From Naegleria gruberi (taxonomy: Eukaryota), in the NCBI GenBank assembly GCA_000004985.1, contig GG738847.1: 64,000 nt of DNA; one strand, 5' to 3'. The notes under the pieces were generated by a model. The model was not told the DNA's origin and searched no databases. It saw only the letters and a list, made by a program, of their open reading frames with translations. Of the stretch, positions 25,249 to 36,500 are shown piece after piece; positions within the stretch are counted from its first letter, which is position 1; the number at the start of each line of letters is the position of its first letter. The translations under genes were made by a program, and so were the position numbers.

Positions 25249-25409
25249 CGTGGATGTTGCTAGTAGAGACGTTGAGTTATTTTTTTTAATTATTTGATAA
25301 TTAAATAATTATAAATGGTTGAGTGAGTGAAAATTAATTTTTACTTCACATTCAATTTACAATTCCAATATTATGAGCTTAATATTTTAAATTATTAAGA
25401 ATATATTTA

Positions 25410-25937
25410 TTATTCAGTCTTTTTTTCAGCTTGTTTTTCCAATCTTAATGCTCTAATATTTCTCAAATGTACAGCATATAAAGCAAGAGCAATGAAATTA
25501 CCAACGAGAGCAAAATAATAAATCTTATTATGAAGAGATTGTTGAGAGTATGGTTTTAAAACGAGACCAAATAAAATCAACCAAACGGATAGAGCAACAT
25601 GAGTCCACAAGGTTAATGTTCTATTTCTTGTTGCGAAAAAGACAATCAGTAAAATTAGAGCACTTGAAAGTAAAAAGCAAAGAGCAGAGAATTGATATTG
25701 TGCTGTAAGTAATTGTTTAACAATTTGTGAAGCTTGTTTTGGATCGGAGAAGGAATCTGATTTTAATGATGATAAAAATTGATCCATAGATAAATTTGAA
25801 GAACCTAATAATGCATTATTACTATTATTATCAATTGTCCAAGGAGCATCATTAACATAATACATCCAACTCAATAAACATCCAATAGCTGCTAATAAAT
25901 AAATAATCAATGATGAAGTAAATGTTAAGAAACGCAT
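25410..25937 (-). CDS. small polytopic membrane protein with about 4 predicted TM helices, unknown function
   Basis: ORF of 175 aa with four hydrophobic stretches: IIYLLAAIGCLLSWMYYV, ALCFLLSSALILLIVFFA, VALSVWLILFGLVL and YYFALVGNFIALALYAV. Confidence 0.4.
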   Translation of the reverse strand: MRFLTFTSSLIIYLLAAIGCLLSWMYYVNDAPWTIDNNSNNALLGSSNLSMDQFLSSLKSDSFSDPKQASQIVKQLLTAQYQFSALCFLLSSALILLIVFFATRNRTLTLWTHVALSVWLILFGLVLKPYSQQSLHNKIYYFALVGNFIALALYAVHLRNIRALRLEKQAEKKTE

Positions 25938-26066
25938 TTTTTTAAAGTTTTTAAAAGAAATATCAGAGTTATTCTTAATCTACAGCTCAACTACTACACA
26001 GACATATTTAATAATAATTATCATTGAGATTTGAATAAATAATTTTTATATATTTTTATTTTTTTG

Positions 26067-27911
26067 TTATTTCTCTGCTACTTTAATAGAAGCACCATTT
26101 TGTACAGTTTGGGATGATACAGGCTTACTACAGGTTGGGTTAGCAATTTGAATATCTCTTCTAACCTTCTTTGCAGCTTCTTCTTGTTCTTCTAACCTTT
26201 CTCTCTTAATCTTGGCAACAATTTCAGCTGTTGTTTCTGTTGGAGATGGTGGTTTATATCTAACTGGATGGAGAACTTTGGTTTCCCTTTGGTAAACCAT
26301 CTTAGTTTGAGGAGATCCAACAGGAGTGATTGGTGTTTGTTCACCAGTACTTGTAGAGCTACTTACAGTTCTACAAGGAGTACCAGTAACAGGTTGAGAT
26401 TCTGCAGGAGAGGTTGAAACAATAACAGGTGTTGATTGAAGCTTTTGTTGTGGTGGCACTGGTTGTGGAGGATAACCCATTTGATGTGGAGGATAAGCCA
26501 TTGGATATCCGTGAGGTGGATATGGGTATGTAGCTTGATCTGGATGTGGTGGGTATGAATAACCAGGTTGAGGAGGATATGGATAAGGTGGAACAGTACC
26601 AGATTGTGGATATGAATATCTGTAATCATAATAGTAAGGAGGAACATAAGGTGGTTGTTGAGGTTGTCCATCTTTAGATTCTGTTGGTTGAGGTGGATAA
26701 GCACCTGGTGGTGGAACAGAAGTTTGAGGTGGATAATACATTGGATATGGAACAGGTTGTGAACCATCATGTGTTGGTGGAGGAACACCATATGGATAAT
26801 GATAACCTGGATGTGGTGGATACATATGAGGATAACCTGGGTGTGGAGGATATGGAGGATATGAATAAGCAGTACCTGTTGTTGGTTGTGGAACTGGTCT
26901 TGGAGGTTGATGAGCAACAACTCCATGAGTAGTTGGTTGTTGTTGGACAGTTGTACTTGTTGTTGTTGGAGCTGAGGTTGAACTAGTTGTGCTTGGAACA
27001 GGTGTAGTAGTTGTTGTAGTATTGGAAGCAGATCTGTTAACATTGTGCAATTTATCCAAAGCTTCAAGTGCCAAAGCTTCTTCACTCTTCATCTTTTGAG
27101 CAACTGGTGATTTACCCTTATTCAATTGGAAACAAGAGAATAATTGATCACCACTTGCTGATGATTCTTCAACTTGTTGTGCTTGTGTATTTTTACCAGA
27201 AGTAATATTACATCTCTTTCTATATGGCCATCTTCTAATACCTAATTCTCTACATCTCTTCTTCAGTGATGATTCATCAACTCTTAAAGCAACGCATGCT
27301 TCATGTAAAGGTAATTTGAAATATTGTGAAATGGAAAGATAACTTAAATTAGCAGCATTATTAACAAAGTAGTCTGATGGTGGTGGACTTCTAAAGCTCT
27401 TGGCAATATGAGGAGTGGAGGAAGATACTTGTGGAGAGAGATGGGCATTAGCAATGGAAGGTATCGATACGATTGGGGTAGGTGTAGTTGGTTGTGGTGG
27501 AATTTGTTGTGGTTGGGTGGTAGATGTGGTTATTGTTGTTGGAATGTGAGAAGTTGGGATGGTTTCAACACGTGTTGTTGAAATGGTAGTTGGTTGTGAA
27601 GGGATTTCTTGTCGAGGTTGAGGTGAATATGATTCAACAGAACTCGATGTAGAGGAGTGATCAACCAATGGTGTAGTATTTCTTGGGATTGGTTCATGTG
27701 TACTAGGATCATAGGTTTGAAGTTTGGCCCACAATGGATCAGCAGCATAATTAGTTGAAATGACGGTTCTCATATTATATTTTGTTATTACATCATTCAT
27801 TCCTAATTCTTCATGTTTCAGAACATCAGTAACGAGGTAGTAAATATTATTTCTACTGATTAAATCTTTACGAACAAAGTTGGTGTTGGTGGTGCCTGTT
27901 GAGTGCATCAT
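26067..27911 (-). CDS. RWP-RK domain transcription-factor-like protein with a long Pro/Tyr-rich low-complexity C-terminal half
   Basis: RWP-RK motif: LSISQYFKLPLHEACVALRVDESSLKKRCRELGIRRWPYRKR. It is followed by about 250 residues of degenerate PPHPGYP, YPPQP and YPYPP repeats. Embedded opposite-strand and alternate-frame ORFs, such as 26363..27085, are artefacts of the repeat. Confidence 0.65.
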   Translation of the reverse strand: MMHSTGTTNTNFVRKDLISRNNIYYLVTDVLKHEELGMNDVITKYNMRTVISTNYAADPLWAKLQTYDPSTHEPIPRNTTPLVDHSSTSSSVESYSPQPRQEIPSQPTTISTTRVETIPTSHIPTTITTSTTQPQQIPPQPTTPTPIVSIPSIANAHLSPQVSSSTPHIAKSFRSPPPSDYFVNNAANLSYLSISQYFKLPLHEACVALRVDESSLKKRCRELGIRRWPYRKRCNITSGKNTQAQQVEESSASGDQLFSCFQLNKGKSPVAQKMKSEEALALEALDKLHNVNRSASNTTTTTTPVPSTTSSTSAPTTTSTTVQQQPTTHGVVAHQPPRPVPQPTTGTAYSYPPYPPHPGYPHMYPPHPGYHYPYGVPPPTHDGSQPVPYPMYYPPQTSVPPPGAYPPQPTESKDGQPQQPPYVPPYYYDYRYSYPQSGTVPPYPYPPQPGYSYPPHPDQATYPYPPHGYPMAYPPHQMGYPPQPVPPQQKLQSTPVIVSTSPAESQPVTGTPCRTVSSSTSTGEQTPITPVGSPQTKMVYQRETKVLHPVRYKPPSPTETTAEIVAKIKRERLEEQEEAAKKVRRDIQIANPTCSKPVSSQTVQNGASIKVAEK

Positions 27912-28464
27912 CTTTGTTGGTTATTGTTTTGTTGTGTTTTTATTTGTTTGTGAGAATTTTGTGTGAGGCTTCTTTGGAAAACTCTAGGCCACAACAAAGC
28001 AGCTAGTTGCGTTGTTTGCGAGATGACTTGTTTGCTTTACTTATTTTGACGTAAGGAATGGAAAATAAAGGGTTAACAAACGAACTTTGAGCCGCTTAAA
28101 CGTCTTTATATTCAAGCGCCCTTTGGACGATGTTTCCAAATATGAATTTTGTAAATTTTTGGGACTGACGGCAAACAACAGACATTGACGAAAACCAACG
28201 AAGGAGGACTCTAATTAGAACGCATGAGAATTAATTTACCATCTATATTAAAACGTATTGTACCGTTTTGTATTTAAAATAATATTCTGGACTTTATTAA
28301 AAGATGCATGAAGAAAATTTGGTCTCTAACTTTTAATCCATCATTCCAGACTGTTGTTAATTCCTCAAATGGTTTTGTGATGAAAATTTTCATTGGATAT
28401 TTTCCAATATAACTGTATTTTACAATGTCTTGCCTTCTTTAACAGAAAGTTTTGAAAACTCAAA

Positions 28465-30711
28465 TTATCCAACCAATTCATCTACAAGATAATCAAAAAT
28501 TGTGTGGGCTGGATTTTTTTTCCCAGTTTGATAATTGCATATTAAAGCGTATAATTCAGAGATTGAAACTTCTAATTGAATCAGTAAACTTTGCATGGCT
28601 TTTAACTTTTTAGCAAGCTCATCATTGTAGTAGGTAAAGTAAATCATTTGGAAATTGTTCATTGATTCTTGTTGGTTGTTGGCAACACTTCCAATACCTA
28701 GAGATGCAACCTTGGAAATACATAAGAACTGACAAAGGAATTTTAAAAAATAATCTCCCTTAAATGCTCCACATCCTTTAAGGTACATGATTAAAGACCA
28801 AATATATAATTGTTTGGTTTTGTTAACAACTTAATTAGGAATACTTTTGTATAAATATCACTTACCTAAATTTCCAGTAGATATAATTTTACAATCACTA
28901 CCAATAAATCCACAATATATCTTGTTGATTTCTCTCTGAATATACTTTGCCTTAAATTGATCGAAAGGACTTCTAAATGGGGCCGAGTTAAAATTTAGGG
29001 CATCAATTGCTATGATTGGATAGTTAATAGTGGAGAAATTTTCACAGTTCTCATCGTAGGTTCCTGTGTATCTATAGGAATAGGAGTATCCTTCATAGGT
29101 TGAGAAGCGTTTTGTGTTCCTTATCAGTAAAGTTTCATTATCGTCTAATTCTTCTGTGAAAAGTCTTCCAATTATACATTCTGTATTGATAAGGAATCTA
29201 ATCTCTTCTTGTACTGCACCATTTCCTAATACGCCTCCACCAAGCATTTTGTTTGCAAAATCGACATGGCAACAATCAAGTGTATGTGGTGAATTATCTT
29301 CAATTGTTCCATTATCTCTGATTTCAATATTAGAAAGCAGCTTTTCGCTGCTATTCTGGAACATCTTGTCCATATCCTTCGAATCATCCAACAGCACTTT
29401 TCTCTCAAAAGATACTTTTTCATCAATTATGGAGTTATTATTTAAAATATATTCGGCCATTAAATTAAAGTAATTGATAACAGTTTTGAGTTTTTCAATG
29501 AGTAAACTTGTTTCTTCAAATTCTTCTTCCTCAAATTTAGATGGACTCAATAAATCTTCATCAAATAATAAATCATCCTCAATTGAAATTGTTTCAGAAA
29601 TAGACAATGTTTTGGTGATTATAACCTCATTAGATGTTGTGGTGGTTTGTGTTGTTGTTGTGGAACTGATAATTGTTGCATCAAGATTTGCATCCATGTG
29701 ATTACTAGATGCAATGGCAGTAGAATCATTTGTTGTTTGAGTTACAATAGAGGAATTCAAATCAGTAGAAGAAGGGATTGATGAACTTGTATCATTTTGT
29801 TGTGGAATTTCTGGAGTATTTTCTGGTGACAAGCTTGGTGATTTAAAAGTGTCTTTTGGATCAACTGGAATATTGAATGGATCCTTTTTGATAACTCTCT
29901 TTGTTAGAGGAGACTTTTTAAATAATGTTATAAAATTGATAGATGGATAGTAATAGTATTCATCTGATGGATTACTCGTTTGATTTCTTCTTGGGAATGT
30001 ACAAAAAAATGCATGTATCAATAGACAACAAATTTGTTTTCTAGTCAAAGTAACTGAACTATCCTCTTGTTTCTTCAAAAGTGGAATTTCGTCAATCAAG
30101 TTTGGTAAATCCAAAGCTAAAGATTGTAAACAAGGTAATGTAGTGTTAAAAAATTGATCCTTATCCTTAGCAGTATAAATATTATTAAATAATGTCTCTA
30201 AAGAATTGAAAGTATTAGAGGAAAAACTCCAACTAGAGTTGACTGTTTTGATAATTTGAATGATGTCATTCACATCAGAAATTCTCTGTTGTAAAACTGT
30301 TTTGATCAAATACCATTTTGACAATTGTCTATTATTTTGAAAGTAAACATTATTTTCATGACAAGGTAATTTGACACAATCTCTATTCCAGCCTGGTGTA
30401 GATTTTCTTCTATTGCTAGTTCTAGGAGGAGTTGAAGGAGGAGGTTGTGCATAATTTTGATTATCATAATTTGGTTGTTTAGAAGCCTTTGTTTTGAAGG
30501 GTGGATTTGAATTTGATGAATGATCATTAAATGATCTTGTTGATGAATTGTCATTTGGTTGAGTTGGTGGTGGATTGTTACGGATTTGTTTTCTTGTCTT
30601 TTCTATCCATGATTCCTCATCTGGTCTCTTTCTTTTGTCATTATTTAAAAAGTCACCCAAAGTTAATTGTTTTTTGTTACCTGTTGATGAAGATCTACCT
30701 TGAGAAGACAT
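28465..30711 (-). CDS. PARG: poly(ADP-ribose) glycohydrolase, 2 exons
   Basis: Exons are approximately 30711..28866 and 28775..28465, with a 90-nt GTAAGT intron. The PARG catalytic signature is VDFANKMLGGGVLGNGAVQEEIRF. The second signature TGNLG/CGAFKGD is split by the intron and is restored in frame after splicing. Confidence 0.8.
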
Positions 30712-30971
30712 TTTTTTAATTTAAATGTAACGGAAAACTATCTGGCCAGCAAACAGGAGAAGCCTATTATTTTCTACTCAAAACTAGATATCAACAAACT
30801 TTCCAACAAAAACATTAGACAAGTTTAAATAATAATAATTAATTGACAGTAACTAAATAATTCGTCGAAAACGAATAATAATAATTTTTTATTATTCAGA
30901 GCGACAACAATAAAGCAATAAAATTCCCTGAAGCTGAATTCAAACTCGTGATTTTTAATCTATTAAAATGA

Positions 30972-31466
30972 TTAATGGTGACCATGATGACCATGTGGAT
31001 TTTCCTTTCTTTCCTTAGCAATTTGATGAGCAACATATTCCATCAAATCAGTGTTAGAAAAAGTACCAGACTTGAATTTTTCAAAGTTTCCAACCATGAG
31101 AGCCTTGCAAACACCAGAATCCAATTGCTTGGAACAGATGGTTTCAATAGTTTCATCTTGGTTATCCAATGATTTTCCTTGCTTCTTGAGTTCTTCAACT
31201 TGACATTGAATATCCTTGCAAGCTAAAATAATATTGTTATAATCCGCCAATACATTTTTTTAAAATTACGTACAATTCTTCAAAGTTTTATACATTGGAG
31301 AATCAGAGACAACACCAGTCATATCAGTTTTTGGAGAACCGGCAGCAATGTGAGTAGTGAAGAGAACACCACCAACACCCAAGAAGAGTTTGGTCAAAAA
31401 ACGAGAGGACATTTTTTTTAAAGTATTTACAAAAAATTTAAAGTACCCAAGACAATCAAAAAGCAA
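30972..31466 (-). CDS. small secreted Cys-containing protein with a His-rich C-terminal tail, 2 exons
   Basis: Exon 1 is approximately 31466..31274 and encodes a signal peptide MSSRFLTKLFLGVGGVLFTTHIAAG. A 51-nt GTACGT intron follows. Exon 2 is 31222..30972 and encodes CKDIQCQVEELKK...ICSKQLDSGVCKAL...HGHHGHH. The alternative ORF start in the track lacks an ATG, which supports the spliced model. Confidence 0.45.
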
Positions 31467-31643
31467 TTGAATTAAACACTCTCATCATGATGATATTTAA
31501 ACCTTTTCATCATGTCATATAGTTGTATTATAAAGTTTATTGTTTTACGGTGATGCAATTAATTTCGCCTCTCTCATTTCTAAAGAAAGCTTAGGAATCA
31601 ACCTTTGCTGCATATATTTTAACGATAAAAAAAGCCTTCAAAA

Positions 31644-33119
31644 ATGAGTCAACAACTCAGAAATTTATTGGTGAAGAGAAGAGAGGCCTTTGGCAGTGTT
31701 GCTGGTAATTGTAGGAAGAACCTTGCAATGTTACAGGCAGGGATTCATGGCTCTTATCACAAAAGAATGTCCAATCAGAAACAATTTTTATTGGATTTTA
31801 ATAGAAAATATGAAAGGCAATTTTCCACTTCGGAAATATCATTTGTAGAGTCATGTAAAAAGGAACCAATAAGAATTATTGAGGATATTCCAATGGCTAA
31901 TGAGGAAAAAACAAAAGAATTACTTGATAGATTTGAGAAATATTGTCAAGAAATTGAAAGAAGAGAAAAAAAACCAAGAGGACAAATTAGAATTGTTGTT
32001 GGAATGAGTGGAGGTGTGGATAGTAGTTTAACAGCTTGTTTATTGAAGGAATTTGGATTTGATGTTGTTTCATTGCATATGAGAAATTGGGATAGTTCTG
32101 AAGAGGATCCTTCTAGAGAACATTGTACATTTACCAAGGATTGGAATGATGTAAAAGTTATTTGTGAAACATTTGGTATTAAGCACGTTGGATCATCATT
32201 TCATCCTGTTGAATTTATTGATCAATATTGGAATGACGTTTTTGAGAAATTATTGGATGGATATTCAATAGGCCAAACACCAAATCCTGATTTATTTTGC
32301 AACAAGTTTATCAAATTTGATGCCATGTTAAACTATGCAATTGAGAAAGGAGGAGCAGATTATATTGCAACTGGTCACTACGCTCAATTGGGATATTCTG
32401 ATAATGGAGAAACATCAAATACTCATTTATTACGTGCTATTGATCATTCTAAGGATCAAAGCTATTTTCTTTCTTTTGTTAACAAGAAAGCATTTGAGAA
32501 GAGTCTTTTCCCACTTGGGCAATTTTTAAAGAAAGAAGAGGTTAGAGTTTTAGCCAGAGACCACTTTAAATTCCCAAACGAGCTTTGGGGAAGAAAGGAT
32601 AGTGTTGGTATTTGTTTTATTGGAAAGAGAAAATTCAAAGATTTTCTTTCTAAATATATTGACTCTTCTAAGGGAAATATAGTTTCTATTGAGGATAAAA
32701 CAACAATTCTTGGAGAACACGATGGAGCATCATTTTATACGATAGGACAAGGAATGTGTCTTTCAGGAATGAAAGAAAAATGGTTTGTTTGTGAAAAAGA
32801 CTTTAAGAATAATATTTTATATGTTTGTCCTGGAAATAATCATCCAAGTCTACTTAAATCAAGTTTTACAATTTCAAATTGTCACTGGTTAGAAAATATT
32901 GATAATTCAAAGGAATACTTTGTTAAAGTTAGATATAATCAAAGAGAGCCATTTAGATGTAAAGTATCATATTCAAATGATTCATCTCTTTGTGATATTA
33001 CTTTAGCAGATAGTGAGGAACCTGCAAGAGGTATTGCTTCTGGTCAAATTGCAGTTTTATACGATTCTAATAGTCAATTCTCAGAACAGATTTGTGTTGG
33101 TGGAGGAATTTACATTTGA
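31644..33119 (+). CDS. TRMU: mitochondrial tRNA-specific 2-thiouridylase (MnmA/TRMU/MTU1)
   Basis: PP-loop IVVGMSGGVDSSLTACLL. Conserved CNKFIKFDAMLNYAIEKGGADYIATGHYAQ. The N-terminal extension is consistent with a mitochondrial presequence. It is a single exon. Confidence 0.85.
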   Translation: MSQQLRNLLVKRREAFGSVAGNCRKNLAMLQAGIHGSYHKRMSNQKQFLLDFNRKYERQFSTSEISFVESCKKEPIRIIEDIPMANEEKTKELLDRFEKYCQEIERREKKPRGQIRIVVGMSGGVDSSLTACLLKEFGFDVVSLHMRNWDSSEEDPSREHCTFTKDWNDVKVICETFGIKHVGSSFHPVEFIDQYWNDVFEKLLDGYSIGQTPNPDLFCNKFIKFDAMLNYAIEKGGADYIATGHYAQLGYSDNGETSNTHLLRAIDHSKDQSYFLSFVNKKAFEKSLFPLGQFLKKEEVRVLARDHFKFPNELWGRKDSVGICFIGKRKFKDFLSKYIDSSKGNIVSIEDKTTILGEHDGASFYTIGQGMCLSGMKEKWFVCEKDFKNNILYVCPGNNHPSLLKSSFTISNCHWLENIDNSKEYFVKVRYNQREPFRCKVSYSNDSSLCDITLADSEEPARGIASGQIAVLYDSNSQFSEQICVGGGIYI

Positions 33120-33124
33120 AGAAA

Positions 33125-33577
33125 TTAAAATCTTTCTTCCAAATATTCTCTTTCAGCTCTGGATGGAGAATAAGTGAAAATATCCTCATTTGGTATTGAT
33201 TTCTTGGTTGTTTTTGATAACTTTTCAATACGTTTTTTGATATCAGGTTTTTCTCTTCTTAAAATTACTAAACTTTGAATTGGATGAGAGAGTAAAATAT
33301 TTGTCATGAATGATAACAAATTTTGGTCCATTTGTCCAATAATATTTTCAGTAAAACTTCTTGGATTTAATTTAACAGAAATTGTATTCTTGTCATTATC
33401 ATTAATTGTTGTAGTAGTTAATTCTTCATAATTTTTAGGACCAATAATTGACCGTATTGTATCTGTATTAAATAATAAAATAATTTTTGTGGCATTACTG
33501 GCTTGATGTTTTCGGGATGAATAAATTACATTCCACACAAATTTAAAAATGTTGATAAATGATTGAATTAAAGTCAT
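33125..33577 (-). CDS. hypothetical 150-aa protein
   Basis: ORF in the track. It is wedged 5 bp from the TRMU stop and 5 bp from the formin stop. I recognise no motif. Confidence 0.3.
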   Translation of the reverse strand: MTLIQSFINIFKFVWNVIYSSRKHQASNATKIILLFNTDTIRSIIGPKNYEELTTTTINDNDKNTISVKLNPRSFTENIIGQMDQNLLSFMTNILLSHPIQSLVILRREKPDIKKRIEKLSKTTKKSIPNEDIFTYSPSRAEREYLEERF

Positions 33578-33582
33578 TTTTT

Positions 33583-36500
33583 TTATTGTTTCTTGAGATC
33601 ACTCTTAATCTTGTCAACAAGGGCTGCCATGGCATCTTCTCCTGAACCAACTGCTGAGATCTTAGCACCTAGACCTTTTGCTGGTTGTTTCTTCTTTTTT
33701 GCTTGTTCTCTCTTTATCTTGTCTAATGACCTCTTAATAATTTCATTAAATAAAAACATGGATCCAAAGAAGTCTTTTGTGTCAACTTTTGCAATATCCT
33801 TATCCTTGAATGAAAGATATTTAAGTAAACTAGTAAAGTTTGTCTTGAATTGTTCAAATCTCTTTTCAATAGTATCACATTCTTGTTTGGCTTTCTTGAA
33901 GAAGGAAGACATTTTCTTTAAAAAGATATCTTCAGCTTCCACTTTTCCTTGAACAGTTTTGATCTTCTTCTTAAAGTCATTCAGATTGTTGACAAGAGAT
34001 TCAACTTGATTTTTCATATCATCCAACGAAAATTCTTTAGACCTAGAAAAAACTTCGAATTCTGTTGTTATTTCTTCAAACTCTGCATCTTTTGGAAGAA
34101 CTTTTTGAACACAAAAATCTGCAAGGTTTCCTTTTGCGTTATCCTTTGTGTCTTCGAGCTTTGATAAGATATCTAATTGAAAACCTTCTGCTTGACCTTT
34201 CTTTGTGCCACCGTTTAAATAGTTACCAACAGCTAGAACAATACCTAAAATGTTCTTGAAATGAGTTGATTCTTTTAGAATTTTAACAGAATTTTCAAAT
34301 GTTTCTAATGGTTTTCCAACAATAAGCAACCCTGTTTCAAATTGTAAAGTATACGTCCAACATCTAATTCTTGTAGCAAATTCTGGTGTGTTAATAATAC
34401 AATACAAATACAACTCTGGATCGGAATATTCCTTCAAGTCTTTTGTTTTGTGAACTTCCTTGAATCCATTGATGGTATCAGCATCAGGCATATTTCCTAG
34501 TAATAATTCTACGTGTTCATAATTTAAAATTGTGCTGTCCAAGTTTAAAACACCTTGCTCAATATGAGAAACTTTTGGCAGTTTTTTCAACATGATAGAG
34601 ATGTTATTAAATGTCTTTTGATCCAACAATGGGACTGATTTTGGTTCTTCCTTTTTTTCTTTCTTTTCTGGAGCTTTTCTTTCCTTCTTTGAAAACATTT
34701 CTTCAAATTCATCAGCATCCAATTCCTGTTCTACCACATTTGTCCAAATTGTATTTTGACTTATGAGGTTAGTTTCCTTATTATTTCACTACTTACATTG
34801 TTGTTGCCTTATCCCATGAAAACATTTTCATCTTTTTCTTTGGCTTAATAACTGGTTTGACAGATGTTGCAGCAGCAGCTCCACATGAAGGGAATCCAGG
34901 TACTTGAGGTACACCAAATCCTGGTGGCATTGGCATTCCACCCATTCCTGGAGGAGGAACAGGCACACCAAATCCAGGAGGCATTGGAACACCCATACCA
35001 GGAGGAGGAGGGACGCCACCCATACCAGGAGGCATTGGAATTCCTGAACTAGGAGGAGGTGGTACACCAACCATACCAGGAGGCATTGGGATAGTAGATC
35101 CAGGAGGAGGAGGAACACTACCCATTATAGGAGGAGGAGGAACACCCATACCAGGAGGCATTGGAATTGAGCTACCAGGAGGAGGAGGAACACCAAAACC
35201 AGGAGGCACTGGAATTACCGATCCTGGTGGAGGAGACATTACTCATTCCTGGAGGCATAGGGATAGTAGATCCAGGAGGAGGAGGAACAGAGCTCATACC
35301 AGGAGGCATTGGTATCGAGCTACCAGGTGGAGGAACACCACCAAAACCGGGTGGGGGAGGTATTACTGAACCAGAAGGAGGAGGAACACCACCAAAACCA
35401 GGAGGCATTGGAATTCCCGATCCTGGTGGAGGAGGAACATTACTCATTCCTGGAGGCATAGGGATATCAGATACTGGTGGAGGAGGAACATTACCGACAG
35501 GTGGAGGAACAGATGTTGGCGGTACTGGAATAGTTGGATTTGACACAGGAGGGACTGATGTTGAAGGAGTTAGAGTTGTCGGTGGAGTATTGTTACTTGA
35601 CTGTGAGACTTGGTCGGCCAACTTTTCTGCATTTTGAATTTGCTGCTCGATTTCCTTCTGAAGATTCAAGTTATTGCTGGTGGCCTCTTTCAAGAGTCTA
35701 TTTGCGTTAGCCACTTCTTTTTTGAGGTTTTCGAGTTGCCTTGTTGCATAGTCAGCTTCTGCAAAACTTCTTGTTCTTTCATTATCTAATTCTAAAGAAA
35801 GTTCATCAATCTTTCTCTTTAAAACTTCAATTTCTTCATCTCTTGGGTCATCTTCTGGAGGCAGAGGCAATTCATCCTCTGAATCACTAGCAAAAAGCTC
35901 ATCAATTTCATCTTTCTTCACTTCTGGTTGTGGAATAATGTCCGCAAAGTTTGGATCCTTTAAAAATTGTTTGGCTAGCTCCTTTCTTGCTTGTTGAAGC
36001 AATTGAAATTGTTCAGTTAATTCAAGATTCTTTCTTTGGAACCTGCTAAGATCAATTACTTTATCTGGGGAGAATTCTAAAACAGCATCAGTATCAAGTC
36101 TTTGAGAAGTACACATTCTATCAGTAAATCCACATTTCATTGAAAAAATGTTTACAGTCTCGTAGCATTTTTGAAGCTCTTGTTTGAGAACTCTAATTGT
36201 GGATTGCTGTCTTTGGAATGCAAATAGTTTTTCTTGTGTTTGTTCATATTTACAAGAAACCTTGTCTAATTCAATCTTCATTTTCTCGCAAACATACCAT
36301 GATCTTGGTATTTCAATCTTCGAGATCTTTTGGAAGATTGATAATTGTTCTTTAACACCAGGAAATTCTGACCTATTGGCAAAATCCAATGTACTTTCCA
36401 GGTCAGCCTTTCTCCACATGAAGAGTAATTTTCTCTTCTTGTCCTCTGAAGACTTTGAAAGTATAACGTTAAGTAATGTCAAGCAATTTACTTGAACAAG

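Noticed and set aside
26363-27748. ORFs 26363..27085 (-), 26684..26932 (+) and 27530..27748 (-), rich in H/Q/L or V/E
   Set aside because: They are alternate frames of the Pro/Tyr repeat of the RWP-RK gene.
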